Shown: positions 50,669 to 62,214, counted from the stretch's first letter. The stretch: 64,000 bases of DNA from an uncultured Verrucomicrobiae bacterium (GCA_963813025.1 CAWEXO010000008.1:96001-160000); one strand, 5' to 3'. Notes: generated from the sequence alone by a model not told the origin. Numbers and translations: made by a program.

Positions 50669-50968
50669 ATGCGTACAACACTCACGCTGGAACCAGATGT
50701 CGTCGCGTTGCTCAAAGCGCGGATGGAACGAGAACGGATTTCGCTCAAGCGTGCGGTAAATGACGCACTGCGACGCGGTCTTTCAAAGAAGTCGATCAGG
50801 AGGGAAAAGGCGGCCAAAGTACACGTGCCGAGCTGGCGGCTTGGGCTGCGGCCCGGCGTTGATCCGACGAAGCTCGGCCAGTTGCTCGATCAGATGGCGA
50901 TTGACGCGTTTGCCGAGCGGCTCGCGTCGTCGGTCCACCTCGACCGCGACAAAAATGCTGGTCATTGA
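50669..50968 (+). CDS. vapB: RHH/CopG-type antitoxin (VapB-like)
   Basis: MRTTLTLEPDV...SLKRAVNDALRRGL, overlapping the PIN gene. Confidence 0.85.
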   Translation: MRTTLTLEPDVVALLKARMERERISLKRAVNDALRRGLSKKSIRREKAAKVHVPSWRLGLRPGVDPTKLGQLLDQMAIDAFAERLASSVHLDRDKNAGH

Positions 50969-51398
50969 CGTCAATATTCTTGTCTACGCGGTCGATGCGC
51001 TGAGCCCTTTCCATCGCAATATCAGGCGCTGGTGGGAAATGAGCTTGAATCAGGAACCGGTGATTGGCCTGCCCTGGGCCACTATCCTTGGTTTCATCCG
51101 GGTGACAACGAGTTCGCGCGTCATGATTTCACCCCGTTCGGTTGATGACGTTGTTAACCTAGTCGAGAACTGGTTGTCATTGCCGAACGTGGAAATTCCA
51201 GTACCTGGGCAGAGACATGCTGCTATTATTTTCAACCTCCTTCGTGAGGTTGGCGTCGGCGGAAATTTGACGACCGATGCGCACCTTGCCGCATTGGCCA
51301 TCGAGTATCAGGGACGGCTGGTATCGACCGATCACGATTTCTCTCGTTTTACCGGTCTGCGCTGGTTTGATCCAACTTCCGCTCAAAAGAGACGCTGA
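50955..51398 (+). CDS. vapC: PIN-domain toxin (VapC-like)
   Basis: MLVIDVNILVYA, GNLTTDAHLAALAIE and STDHDFSRFTGL. Confidence 0.92.
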   Translation: MLVIDVNILVYAVDALSPFHRNIRRWWEMSLNQEPVIGLPWATILGFIRVTTSSRVMISPRSVDDVVNLVENWLSLPNVEIPVPGQRHAAIIFNLLREVGVGGNLTTDAHLAALAIEYQGRLVSTDHDFSRFTGLRWFDPTSAQKRR

Positions 51399-51399
51399 A

Positions 51400-51910
51400 A
51401 TGGCCAGGCCAGTTTCCATTCCGGATGAGGTAATTCTCGAAGCGGCCAGAACTTCAGCGAGTCCTTGAAGGTCACGATGCCGTTCTGTCCACCTTTGGCC
51501 CGCGTCTGCCCATGTCTCAGACGGACGCTACCCTTCTCCAACGCTGCGCGGCCGCGCTCACCGACGCGATGAGTCAGGACGGAATTCGGCGGGTTGTCAT
51601 TGAGTCGACCGCCTTCCTGTTCAAGGATTCGCTCTTTCCGCCAACCAATCTTTTCGGCCGGCTCTTCTTCCCGGCCATTGTGCGCGATGCCAGCGAAATG
51701 GAAAACATCGTTCAAAACAGCGGCTTTGAATGGACGATCGTTCGCCCACCAAGACTGACGGACAAGCCGCGAACCGCGAAATATCGGGTGAACGAAGGCC
51801 ACCTTCCTCGGTTTGGTCTCAGCATCGCCCGCGCCGACGTAGCCGATTTCATGATCAAGACTGCCGAAAATCACGCCTCGATCCAGAAAATTGTCGGCGT
51901 AGCAAACTAG
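51400..51910 (+). pseudogene. Deletion scar: TetR N-terminus joined to a 5'-truncated NAD(P)H-binding (atypical SDR) gene
   Basis: MARPVSIPDEVILEAAR (51400-50) is followed, in another frame, by ELQRVLEGHDAVLSTFG...WTIVRPPRL...SIARADVADFM. The Rossmann N-terminus is missing. Confidence 0.7.
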
Positions 51911-52495
51911 TTAAATAGCGCCGGGAATGGCGTCGGTCGCCCGGAAACAAGTCGCATAGTGGTCGTCGACCAGGCCCGTTGCCTGCAGGTAGGAATAGAT
52001 GATGACCGATCCAACGAACTTAAACCCGCGTCGTTGCAAATCCTTGCTGACCCGGTCGGAAAGATCCGTCCGGGCCGGTAACGGTTCTCCTACCGGTCGC
52101 CGGTTGACCACCGGCCGGCCATGCACAAACGCCCAGAGGTATGCGGCAAAACTGCCATACTCGCGCTGGACGATCAGAAAGGCCCGCGCGTTAATAATCG
52201 CCGCCCCGATCTTCAGCCGGTTGCGAATGATCGCCGAATCGGCCATCAATTTTTCCACCTTGGCCGGTTTGAATCCGGCGACTCTTTCCGGATCAAAACC
52301 GGCGAAGGCCTTCCGATAACCTTCCCGTTTTCGCAAAATGGTCGACCAGCTGAGTCCGGCCTGTGCGCCTTCGAGGATCAGCAGCTCGAACAATTTCCGG
52401 TCATCGTGCTGAGGTGTTCCCCATTCGGTGTCGTGGTAGGTCAACTCTGGCTCGCCCCGAGCCCAAGGACAACGCGACAACTCCGCTGCCTTCAT
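51911..52495 (-). CDS. tag: DNA-3-methyladenine glycosylase I
   Basis: RCPW, YHDTEWG, LEGAQAGLSW, IIRNRLKI, GFKFVG and LVDDH...C. Confidence 0.96.
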   Translation of the reverse strand: MKAAELSRCPWARGEPELTYHDTEWGTPQHDDRKLFELLILEGAQAGLSWSTILRKREGYRKAFAGFDPERVAGFKPAKVEKLMADSAIIRNRLKIGAAIINARAFLIVQREYGSFAAYLWAFVHGRPVVNRRPVGEPLPARTDLSDRVSKDLQRRGFKFVGSVIIYSYLQATGLVDDHYATCFRATDAIPGAI

Positions 52496-52773
52496 TTAGC
52501 GCATTGAGCGACGGATGAATCTATTTGTAAAGGACGCTTTTTGGGCGTCTTTTCACCCTTTTTTGCGCCCTTTGAGGCCGTTTCTGAGAAATATTGCTAA
52601 CGGGCTGGAAGGGCGTGCCGGACTTTGGGTAATCTGTAGCGCGCAATCGAGGTATCGTTCGAAAGCGAGGACGAGCAGGCCACCTCCGCAAAGCTACGGC
52701 GCCGGCCAAATCGGTGCCGTGCCCCATAGATTGACTACCAGCGGCCACTAAGAGATGCTGAAGCCTGGAGTCC

Positions 52774-53139
52774 ATGAGTTCCAAAAAGAGAACCGACGGC
52801 GATCCCCCGAAGCGCAAAACTCCGGCGCGAAAACGAGCTTCGCAGCGCCGCCAGGCGGAAACGCAAGTTGGGCGAATCGAGGAGACCGCATCGACAGAGT
52901 CTCAACCAGCCGGCCTGGCCGAGGCGGCGGCAGACCGGTTCGCGTCATTTCCTGAGCCCTCGCACAAAGAGGTTACGGGTCTATCCGGAGCTGTAACGAC
53001 TTCCGTTTCTCCGCTACATCCTCTGGAGCTTTGTACCCTGGCCATCGGGATTGGCATTGTTTGCGGGGCGCTTATTCAACGACGTTTGGCTTTCAAAGCG
53101 CGCCGATTGCGATCGGCTCTCGCGCGCAAGATCACCTGA
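52774..53139 (+). CDS. Hypothetical small protein with one C-terminal TM helix
   Basis: ATG preceded by GGAG, a disordered N-terminus and hydrophobic LCTLAIGIGIVCGALI. Confidence 0.45.
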   Translation: MSSKKRTDGDPPKRKTPARKRASQRRQAETQVGRIEETASTESQPAGLAEAAADRFASFPEPSHKEVTGLSGAVTTSVSPLHPLELCTLAIGIGIVCGALIQRRLAFKARRLRSALARKIT

Positions 53140-53287
53140 CTACCAATGACGTCGGGAGGACTCGCTGCCTTCGTGACCGGACGGCGCTTCGGATTTCAGA
53201 CCGAACTTCAGCCACAATTGCGCTGACATAAGCAAAGAGTTGTCGGAATCGTCAGACAGGTGTAATTTGGTCCAGATCGGCAAACCC

Positions 53288-53590
53288 ATGAAAAGCGGCT
53301 TAAGAAGTTTGGTTTTTGCCCTCGCGATGTCTGGCGGGGTGGCAGCGGCTCAAGAATTCACAACGACCCCGCGGCGCGTTCCACCTCAATCGATTCCTTC
53401 CCGTCCACCGATTGAGCAAAATTCAAACTCTGATATCGTGACAAAATTCCGTCGGGCGCACAACAAGCTCCAACTGGTGAATCCCTTTGCACCGGCCGAG
53501 TATGGGAGCGGGCAGCAGGTTTTAGTAGCGGAAGCTCGCGATCCCCAAGAGCGACCGAAGTTCTGGCGATTGTTCAGTATCAATTTCTGA
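53288..53590 (+). CDS. Hypothetical small secreted protein
   Basis: Signal peptide MKSGLRSLVFALAMSGGVAAA, LQLVNPFAPAEYGSG and terminal LFSINF. Confidence 0.65.
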   Translation: MKSGLRSLVFALAMSGGVAAAQEFTTTPRRVPPQSIPSRPPIEQNSNSDIVTKFRRAHNKLQLVNPFAPAEYGSGQQVLVAEARDPQERPKFWRLFSINF

Positions 53591-53833
53591 GTGGCTTGAT
53601 CGATGGTTGCCTAGCGCCAATCTGCAATCCTCGCTGCTGGAGGTCATGAGAAAATCCGGCCGAAGATTGGCGGAAGTGCCCGGCGCGTAAGGCAAGGTCT
53701 ACTTGTTCGAGGAGGCAGACGCTCGAAGGCTTTTATCACGGGCGGCCATTGTCGCGAGCCGCTATGGCGCCGCTGAAGCAAATCCGACGCGCGCCGAAGT
53801 GGAAGCCTTCTTGGCGGAGCGCGGCGCCTTGGT

Positions 53834-54589
53834 CTAAGAGATCCTCAACATTCGACGGCGATACGCTTCGTCTAAGCGGTTCTCCAGACGTTTGACCTCG
53901 GTTTCAGCCAGATGTCGGACAGCACCGAGTGAGTGCGCCCCGACGAAGATCTCCGCTGCTTTTACGGTCATAAACATTGCCGCTCGCACGGCTTCAATCG
54001 AGGAGCCAATCGCAATCACCCCATGATTTTCGAGCAAAAGCACGCGCGGCGGCTCGGCATGCGCGGCCAGATAATCCTCCACGTCGGCCCGAATCCGCCG
54101 AGCGAGAGCAAGTCCGGGGTCTTCATAAGGGATGAGCAACGAAACGGGACCGCAACAGATCACCTCATCCGGACATTGGCGCCGCTTGGCAAATACCTCG
54201 GAGCGCGGTGAACAGACAATTCGGTTGACCGGGATCGGGTGAGCGTGACCCACGACATTCACATCGGGCACCGTCAGCAGGTAGGCATGGAAGAACGTCT
54301 CAACCGACGGCTTCAAAGCGTCTGGTCTGATTTTGCTTTTCTCCAGCGCGTCGTCGATCGCCGCATCGGAGACTTCCTCTTGATCGAACAGCGCAAGGAG
54401 GCCATCAAACCGGCATTGGGTGAGTTGTTCCCGAGTGAGGTGCTGCAAACTACTGCCACTCGCCTTCACCAAAAAAGTGTCCGCATCGCACCGCGCCGAA
54501 GTGTTGCCTTCTCCCAGAATCGCAAGTTGGCCTTGGCCGAACTCGTGCGAGAGATCCAGAAGGCTATCCGCAATTCCCGGTGAACTCAT
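53834..54589 (-). CDS. Class II aldolase/adducin-family protein
   Basis: GEGNTSA, VKASG, KPSVETFFH, GHAHP and LLENHG. Confidence 0.9.
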   Translation of the reverse strand: MSSPGIADSLLDLSHEFGQGQLAILGEGNTSARCDADTFLVKASGSSLQHLTREQLTQCRFDGLLALFDQEEVSDAAIDDALEKSKIRPDALKPSVETFFHAYLLTVPDVNVVGHAHPIPVNRIVCSPRSEVFAKRRQCPDEVICCGPVSLLIPYEDPGLALARRIRADVEDYLAAHAEPPRVLLLENHGVIAIGSSIEAVRAAMFMTVKAAEIFVGAHSLGAVRHLAETEVKRLENRLDEAYRRRMLRIS

Positions 54590-54613
54590 CTTTTCCCAGA
54601 TGCGGCTGGCGCG

Positions 54614-56213
54614 CTACGCTTTTCCGCAAAAGCAGACCTTCAGCCCGAGTTCATGCATGGCCGCGGCCTTGGCAAACATGGCCAGCCGGGCACCCGATTT
54701 GTCCGGGGCATAAGCCACCTGGATATGATTCGATTTATGCCGGGCCATCATCTGGTCTCGCGAGATGCCTTGAAGCACCGCGTGCATGATGGGCCATTCG
54801 GGCGTCGTGAGACGAAGGCGTTCCTGCGTTTCCACCTCAGGCAATCCGACCACTTCGGCGAGGCCAGTGTCAAAGCAAAGCTCGGTTCTCTGTAACAAAA
54901 ACGCGGCTCCAGACGACCCAGCCCGGTTTGCTGACACCTGTGCAGGTCCCGCCTCCGAGCCGAAAATACATCGGCGGTTGCCGTTGGCTCGACGCACCGG
55001 CATAACCGCCGGCAAAATGCTCCGGCGGTGCCGCGCCGCTAATCATAAAAACCCAGACAAAAGCGTTCAGGTGACGATCGTGATATTGACGCCCCCAGCG
55101 CAGATCGTGCAGCGTCGTCTCAGGCGGATAGCCTAATTCGCGCCAGATCCGATTCGTGACTAGCGCGTCCAGACCGGCACATTCATCGACCTCATTAAAA
55201 TGAGGAAGCGCCTGCCCCGGAAAAAGTTCCTCGCCGCTGCTCTCATGAAAAACGGGCGGTCGATCGACATTGTTCATGAGTCCCTCGGCCAAATCAGACG
55301 CCGGGGTCAGATCTTTCAACCCCTGCTGATATTGAATACCGACGGCTGCGCAGCCAAACTCGTCGGCTAAGCGCACTGTGGCGATATACATTTTGCACTG
55401 TTGCAGAACCTGGTTTTCGGTCAGATCGGTTTCGTCGTTGCCACCGAAATGGAACTTCATGCCTTTGGACAGGAGCCACTCGTAGACTCGGCGAGCGTCC
55501 TCGTCAGAAACCTGCAACATTTTTGCAAACAGGGTGGATTGGCTGAGTCGTTCCTTGTAAACGCCGGTTGCGGGCAGAAGTTCATCCGGAACGATTGCGT
55601 TGTACATGCCCATACAACCCTCGTCGAAAACCCCGAGGATAGCTTTGTCGGCCCGAAACCGAGCGGCGAATCGTTCAGCCAATTTGCGCGGGGCGCCCGG
55701 TATTTTGACGTCCTTGTATTTCAGGACTTGGGAGCTGTCGTGCTTGATTTTACCGTCGCGGAGCCATTGATGCAGGCGCTTAGTGAAAAACTTGTCTTTA
55801 AAGTCTTCGCTCCAGAGGCTGCTGTATTTGACGCCAGCTTTGGTCAGTGAACCGTTTAAATTCAGCAAACCGACTAAACCCGGCCAAGTGCCGCTCCAGT
55901 TTGCGACGGTCAGGATCGGCCCAGCGTGCGCGATCAAACCTCCGAGGATATGCTGGCTGTATTGCCAAACTGCTTCCGCCACTGCCACCGGGGCGTGTGC
56001 CGGGATCGTCCGAAAAACGTGAAGTCCCATCTTCTGGCTATCGATGAAGCCGTGTTTTTTGCTTTCGTCGAACACATGCGCTCTTTTGACCGAAAATCCT
56101 TCTCGCTGGATCGCTTCAACCAGACTTTTTTCCAACGCGGCCTGCGCCGGCTCACAGTTTTGATTAGCCGAGAGGCGCAGATCGCCGTTCGCGATGAGAT
56201 ACACGGTGTTCAT
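54614..56213 (-). CDS. L-fucose-isomerase-like protein; one frameshift near 54883
   Basis: YLIANGDLR, ANWSGTWPGLVG, DEGCMGM, GIQYQQG and HFNEVDEC. It continues in another frame to TTPEWPIMHAVL...HKSNHIQVAY. Confidence 0.8.
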
Positions 56214-56312
56214 AGACGATTGTCTGCTATCAGACACAAGCTGGCCCTGAGTCGCGAGAAAATTTCAGCAAAAAGCGTCGGGAATTGTTCGAACTCAGCC
56301 TCATTGCTCAGG

Positions 56313-56864
56313 CTACCAGAACCGGAATTGGGTGAGAATGATGTACACCGCCAGCAAGGTTGTCCCAGCACCGAACAGCAAGACACTACCGAGCACGAAA
56401 CCAACAAAGATCCAGTCGCCACGCGTCACTGGATTGCCCTGTCCGGCATATCGTTTCAGTAACGCGTAGTTCATGTCGTTTGATTTGAAGAAAATGGATA
56501 AGAAATCGCCAATTACCGGCACGGCATCCAGAACCGCGTTGATGGCAATATTCAGGCCCATGCGTACCAGCACAACTTTCGGCAAACGATGCTGCACGCT
56601 TCGAAAGAGCAGAATGCTCGAAATTACCGCGGAGACTTGGCTTCCCAGCACAGGAATCAAGCTCACGATCGGATCCAATCCAAACCGAATCCGCGTACCC
56701 GGCACTCGAAAGATCGAATCCATGAGCCGGCTCAGGAAACCGATCGTCGCGTCGAACTCGGAAGGAGCGGGATTTGGCGCCTCCTGAACCGGCACTTTGC
56801 CGGCAGGGGGTATGACTTCAAAATCGATGAACTCGCCGTCTGCTGGTCGTTTGACTTGGTTCAT
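56313..56864 (-). CDS. DUF4112 membrane protein
   Basis: LMDSIFRVPGTRIRFGLDPIVSLIPVLG and VPVIGDFLSIFFKSN. Confidence 0.9.
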   Translation of the reverse strand: MNQVKRPADGEFIDFEVIPPAGKVPVQEAPNPAPSEFDATIGFLSRLMDSIFRVPGTRIRFGLDPIVSLIPVLGSQVSAVISSILLFRSVQHRLPKVVLVRMGLNIAINAVLDAVPVIGDFLSIFFKSNDMNYALLKRYAGQGNPVTRGDWIFVGFVLGSVLLFGAGTTLLAVYIILTQFRFW

Positions 56865-56976
56865 CGTTTGTTCCGATGAGCTGCACGTCTCAACCCGGCC
56901 CCCGAGGCAGAAACCAGAGAGACATCTCTCGGCTCCAGCGCTAAATTCCCCGCTGAACCGGCTCGCACCGCCGCAC

Positions 56977-58474
56977 CTACCCCGGAATCTCTCGCAACAT
57001 TTGCGCGTTAGTCGGGAACTTTTTCAAAAACGAAAGCAACCGTTCAATCGCTTCCACGGGACGATGCCCGGCCAGGCCTCGCCGGATTGTATTGATCTTG
57101 TCAAGGTCCGATGCAGGGAAAAGCAGCTCTTCCCGCCGAGTGCCGGACTTGAAAATATCGATCGCCGGATAGACCCGCGAGTCGCTGACTTGCCGGTCGA
57201 GCACCATCTCCATGTTTCCAGTGCCTTTAAACTCCTGAAAGATCAGCTCATCCATCCTGGAGCCGGTCTCAATCAAGGCTGTCGCCATAATGGTCAGCGA
57301 CCCCGCTTCTTCGGTGTTGCGCGCCGCCGCAAATAGCTTCCTTGGTATCTCCATCGCCCGTGAATCCATCCCACCACTCATGGTGCGACCGCTGCCAGAC
57401 ATGGCATTGTTGAACGCGCGACCAATCCGCGTCAGCGAATCCATGAGAACAAACACATCTTTGCCCGCTTCGACCAAGCGTTTTGCCCGCTCGATCGCCA
57501 GAATTGCTATCCGGGTATGGCTCTTAATATCACTGTCATTCGAGCTAGCCATGATATCTGCCTGAGGTACGGTTCGCCGGATTTCGGTCACTTCCTCCGG
57601 GCGCTCGTCGACCAGCAGAATAATTAGACTCATTTCTGGGTGATTTTTACCACCGCGCCCGCGATATGCTGGAGCAAGCGTCGTTTTTCCAGTCCGCGGC
57701 GGAGCCACAATCAGCCCTCGCTGTCCTTTGCCGATTGGGGTCATGAGATCCATCACTCTCGTGGTGTACCGATCCGGAACAGTCTCCAGACGGATTCGTT
57801 CCTGCGGATTGATCGAGGTCAACTCCTCGAAAACCGGCAGATTGCGATATTGTCCGGGATCTTCCCCGTTGATGGCCGACAAGCCGAAAGAGCTGCGAGC
57901 CCCGACTGCCCCGCCGAACCTCACCCTTGATCCAAAGTCCGTCGCGCAGGGCGTGCTTTCGCACCACCTCCGGAGTAACAAAAATATCCTGAGGCGATTG
58001 CACGTAATTACTTTTCGGGTCACGCAAAAACCCAAATCCCTTTCCCGAAACTTCGACCAATCCTTCGCCCAGGACCGGTTGGGGTGCCTCGACAGTGGGA
58101 TGGCCCTCATCGGTCGGCAGAGTCAATCGCGTTCCTGGCACCGAAGCGCCGTTCTCCCGACCCGATAAAGCCGGTGGTTCCGTGGACTTCTCGGGTTCGC
58201 GCTCCCGCTCCTCCGCTTGGGGCCGGGCAGCCGTTTCAACGGCTGCTTCTGGTCCCTGATCCGGAGTCCCCTGGGCGGGTGCAGACTCAGCTTGCGCATC
58301 AGAGACCGGGGACGTCGAAAGCCGGTCTTCATCGGCAGGCGGCTTTTTGGGGTGCCGTGCGGTCCTTCGGTCGGAATCACTTTTGGGTCGGGTAACCCGC
58401 TTCGCCCGGCGCGGTTTTGCCGGCGGATCAGCAATTTCGTTTAACAAAGCCGGCTGTTCATTTCCATCTGCCAT
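56977..58474 (-). CDS. rho: Transcription termination factor Rho with long N-terminal extension; three indels in this assembly
   Basis: GFGFLR, DIFVTP, PIGKGQRGLIVAPPRTGKT, LVDERPEEVT, DSLTR, IFQEFKGTGNME and SGTRREELL. Confidence 0.93.
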
Positions 58475-58507
58475 AAAACTAAATCAGATCGTGATATTTT
58501 TAAAAAG

Positions 58508-59260
58508 TTAGCTTAAAACCTTGCTTAACAAATCCTCGGCCATATCCAAATTACTGTGGACGCTTTGCACATCGTCGTTCTCTTCGAGGGCGTCGCACAA
58601 CCGCAGCAGCTGGGCGGCCACCGCCTCACTCGTCACCGAGATCGTCGTATCAGGAACAAAAGTTAGCTTCTGCGACTCAACGTCGATCCCTGCTTTCCTC
58701 AAAGCCTCGCCGACATGGTAAAGCTCGTCGTGAGGCGTCGTAATTAAGTAGGTATCATCCTCAAAGGCCAAGTCGTCCGCCCCCGCCTCAAGCGAAACTT
58801 CCAGGAGGCGATCTTCGCTGACCAGTTGCGCCGGACCCGAGATCTGGCCCTTTCGCTTGAACATATAAGAGACTGCGCCGGAGGCCGCAAGGTTACCATG
58901 ATTCTTCGTAAAAATGCTTCGAATATCGGCTGCTGTCCGGTTCTTGTTATCAGTGGCGGCCTCAACAATCAGCGCAACTCCCCCGGGTCCATAGCCTTCG
59001 TACACAATCTCCTCGATCGTCCTGCCGGCTATTTCTCCGGTTCCCTTCTTAATTGCCCGTTCTATCGTGTCGCTCGGCATATTCTGCGCCCGGGCGGCGA
59101 GAACCGCGGAGCGTAGGCGCGGATTGAGTGCTATTTCTCCACCACTCATTCGGGCGGCTACCATGATTTCCTTCGCTAACCGACTGAAAACCTTACCGCG
59201 TTTAGCATCCAAAGCGCCTTTAAAGCGTTTAACTTTTGACCATTTACTGTGACCCGCCAT
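58508..59260 (-). CDS. yebC: YebC/PmpR family protein
   Basis: MAGHSKW, NPRLR, YEGYGPGG, TDNKNRT and LEENDDVQSVHSN. Confidence 0.95.
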   Translation of the reverse strand: MAGHSKWSKVKRFKGALDAKRGKVFSRLAKEIMVAARMSGGEIALNPRLRSAVLAARAQNMPSDTIERAIKKGTGEIAGRTIEEIVYEGYGPGGVALIVEAATDNKNRTAADIRSIFTKNHGNLAASGAVSYMFKRKGQISGPAQLVSEDRLLEVSLEAGADDLAFEDDTYLITTPHDELYHVGEALRKAGIDVESQKLTFVPDTTISVTSEAVAAQLLRLCDALEENDDVQSVHSNLDMAEDLLSKVLS

Positions 59261-59455
59261 CGTTCCGGGTATCTGCAAAAAATTCAGAGCACGAAATAAA
59301 TATTTCAACCAGCGATGCAGTCGCGACTGACGAGAAGAGTCTAGAGAACCGCTGATTAGCGCATCAACAGGCGATCCACCACCAAACCCTATCTGGACCG
59401 ATTTGTCAAAGAAAAGAAGCCGAAGAAAACGTTCACCTTTTCTCTGGCTGCTTTT

Positions 59456-61273
59456 CTAGCCGTTATTTACCTTTGAGGCTGATCGCTTGCGCGCAGTCGA
59501 ATCGAGAATCTTCTTCCGCATTCGCAGGTTCTTTGGCGTCGCCTCTACAAACTCATCGAAGGCAATATACTCGAGAGAGCGTTCCAGGCTCATTCTGACC
59601 GGAGGTGCCAATTGAATCCCTTTCCCGTCGCCTTGGCTGCGCATGTTGGTCAGATGCTTGGTCTTACAAGGATTGACCGTGATGTCGTCGGGGCGCGAAT
59701 TCTCGCCGACAATCATTCCCTCATAGACATCTTCTTGGGGACCAATAAAAAGGCGACCGCGCTCCTGCACATTGTTCAGCGCGTATCCGGTGGAGACCCC
59801 CCCTTCCATGGCCACCAGGACACCGCTATTCCGGCTCGGAATCTCACCTTTGGGAGGACCGTATTCCTTAAAAAGATGACTCATGGAGCCAAGGCCGCGG
59901 GTGAGGTTCACCAAATCGCTTTCAAACCCGATCAAACCGCGCGTGGGGATAACGGATTCAACTAGAACGCTCTTCGCCTGGTGATCCATGTTGACAATCT
60001 CCGCCTTGCGTGAAGCGAGCGATTGAAGAACATCCCCCAGCTTCTCCGACGGGACATCAACATAAAGAGTCTCGTATGGCTCCAAAATATTCCCGTGCGC
60101 ATCTCGATGGAAGATCACTTCCGGCCGGGATACCAGCAGTTCAAACCCTTCCCGCCGCATCTGCTCGACCAGAATCGCGATTTGCATCTCGCCCCGGGCG
60201 CTCACGGTGAATATGCCCGCTGTATCGGTCTCTTCGAACTGCAGAGAAACATTCGTGCGACACTCCCGCACCAGGCGTTCTTTGATATGGCGCGCGGTGA
60301 GAAATTTCCCTTCGCGACCAGCTAAAGGCGAATCGTTCACGACGAAGTTCATCTTGATTGTGGGCGGATCGATGTCGACAAACTCCAATGCCGTCCGCTC
60401 CTCGAGATCCGCAATGGTCTCTCCGATCGAGACATTCTCGAATCCAGCCAAGCCGATGATTTCCCCGGCCGAAGCGCGCTCGATCTCAACCCTTTCAAGC
60501 CCCTCGTGCCCAAACAAAGCCATGACATTGGTTCTTTCTCTTCGGCCATCCTTGTGGATCAGCACGACCGAATCGCCCACCTGAACCCTCCCGCTGGTGA
60601 TTCGCCCAAAAGCAAGTCGTCCGAGGTAATCGCTGTAGTCGAGGTTGGACACCAGCATCTGGAAATAGCTTGCCGCGACTTTGGGAGGGGGCGGGATGAA
60701 TTTGATAATCGCCTCGAACAACGGTCCCATATTGTCGCTGGTTTCGTAGATCTCCCGCACCGCGTAGCCTTCCTTAGCGCTCGAGTAGATGACCGGAAAG
60801 TCCAACTGCGCGTCGGTCGCGTTTAGTTCGACAAAAAGATCAAAGACCATGTCGAGCACTTTGTGTGGGCGCGCATTTTCGCGATCAATCTTGTTGATCA
60901 CCACAATTGGACGCACATCGCTCGCCAAAGCCTTTCGCAAAACAAACTTGGTCTGCGCCTGAGGACCATCGTGCGAATCAACCACCAGGAGAACGCCGTC
61001 CACCATTTTCATGATGCGTTCGACTTCTCCTCCAAAGTCCGCGTGCCCCGGAGTGTCGACAATATTGATCTTGTACCCTTGATATTTGAAGGCAGCATTC
61101 TTCGCCCGGATCGTAATGCCCTTTTCCCGTTCCAGATCCATAGAATCCATCATCCGTTCCTCAACCTTTTGGTTTGCCCGGAACGTTCCCGACTGACGCA
61201 ACAACTGGTCGACCAGGGTCGTCTTGCCGTGGTCGACATGCGCGATAATGGCGATATTGCGAATTTTCTCCAT
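59456..61273 (-). CDS. typA: Translational GTPase TypA/BipA
   Basis: [43 protein letters not shown] and YEGMIVGE. Confidence 0.97.
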   Translation of the reverse strand: MEKIRNIAIIAHVDHGKTTLVDQLLRQSGTFRANQKVEERMMDSMDLEREKGITIRAKNAAFKYQGYKINIVDTPGHADFGGEVERIMKMVDGVLLVVDSHDGPQAQTKFVLRKALASDVRPIVVINKIDRENARPHKVLDMVFDLFVELNATDAQLDFPVIYSSAKEGYAVREIYETSDNMGPLFEAIIKFIPPPPKVAASYFQMLVSNLDYSDYLGRLAFGRITSGRVQVGDSVVLIHKDGRRERTNVMALFGHEGLERVEIERASAGEIIGLAGFENVSIGETIADLEERTALEFVDIDPPTIKMNFVVNDSPLAGREGKFLTARHIKERLVRECRTNVSLQFEETDTAGIFTVSARGEMQIAILVEQMRREGFELLVSRPEVIFHRDAHGNILEPYETLYVDVPSEKLGDVLQSLASRKAEIVNMDHQAKSVLVESVIPTRGLIGFESDLVNLTRGLGSMSHLFKEYGPPKGEIPSRNSGVLVAMEGGVSTGYALNNVQERGRLFIGPQEDVYEGMIVGENSRPDDITVNPCKTKHLTNMRSQGDGKGIQLAPPVRMSLERSLEYIAFDEFVEATPKNLRMRKKILDSTARKRSASKVNNG

Positions 61274-61335
61274 GATCTGACTGCCGGGACGCGAAAGATG
61301 GGCGTGGTTGACGGTCCCGTCAATGGGCGTCACGC

Positions 61336-62214
61336 TCACGGGTCAATCCTCGTGATGGCCTCGGAGTCGCTCTCGAGCAGACAAGCACGAGGTTGACCAT
61401 AGTTCGATCCGATATTAATGCCACGAACCCCCCCCAGATCAACTAGATCGGTTGCGCGATGGGTGTGACCGCAAAAAATACCCCGGAGCCGCGACCCGTG
61501 AACGGCCAGCGATTTGCCCATCAAACGATTGCCCAGATAGGCTCGGAAAAAAGTGTAGACTGACGGCTCGCCGCTCGCCGTTATTTCGAACTTTGGCAAG
61601 CCGAGAAGCTCCTCCCGAGGCGGTGTATGCAGAACTGCCCAGACGCGGGTGCCGTTGGCTTTGGTCAAACGTTCTTCCAATGCCGCTGCTTCCGCCCGAG
61701 CGACTTCAAGCAAATCAATCCCTGACGGCAAACGGTCAAAATCCTGCCAGCGCAAATTGGTCGGTACCGGCGGCCGGCCGGACAGATAATCCTCGCGTTT
61801 GACTTCGCGGCCCGAGTACCGCAATCCAGGGCTGGCGAAACCAAGATCGTAATGGCCGTAAGCGCCGCATATGGTGAACCCGTGCAGCCGAAGATTCTCG
61901 CGATCGAGCAAGGTCACTCCCTCCTGATATGCCGGCTCGGCCCAATACTCGTCGATTACCTCGGCCAGCGAATAACACTGGCGGGCTGGACGCACCCAGA
62001 AATCGTGATTTCCGAGAGCTACGCCGATCGGCTTTTGCGGCAACAGCGAACGGATTGCCTGGAGCGATCGCCTGGCCTCGGCGGGGCTGGAGAGATCACC
62101 GGCGATCAGGAGACCGTCCGGCCGGTAGCGCACTATCCACGAAGCAAGCTCGGCGAGTACTTTCTCGCGGTAATTCGATACCAGGTGCAGATCAGCCGTG
62201 ATCAGTAATCTCAT
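61336..62214 (-). CDS. Calcineurin-like metallophosphoesterase
   Basis: TADLH, AGDL, GNHD, HTPP and GHTH. Confidence 0.88.
   Translation of the reverse strand: MRLLITADLHLVSNYREKVLAELASWIVRYRPDGLLIAGDLSSPAEARRSLQAIRSLLPQKPIGVALGNHDFWVRPARQCYSLAEVIDEYWAEPAYQEGVTLLDRENLRLHGFTICGAYGHYDLGFASPGLRYSGREVKREDYLSGRPPVPTNLRWQDFDRLPSGIDLLEVARAEAAALEERLTKANGTRVWAVLHTPPREELLGLPKFEITASGEPSVYTFFRAYLGNRLMGKSLAVHGSRLRGIFCGHTHRATDLVDLGGVRGINIGSNYGQPRACLLESDSEAITRIDP

Noticed and set aside
51459..51469. gagtccttgaa matching the MITE terminal repeat
   Set aside because: It lies within coding sequence (R-V-L-E) with no partner TIR or core, so it is probably chance.
56977..58474. Programmed frameshifting or true pseudogene status for rho, prc and the hpnO-like gene
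   Set aside because: There are no consistent slippery sites, the indels go in both directions (including a compensating pair), and the proteins are otherwise intact. Assembly error is more parsimonious.
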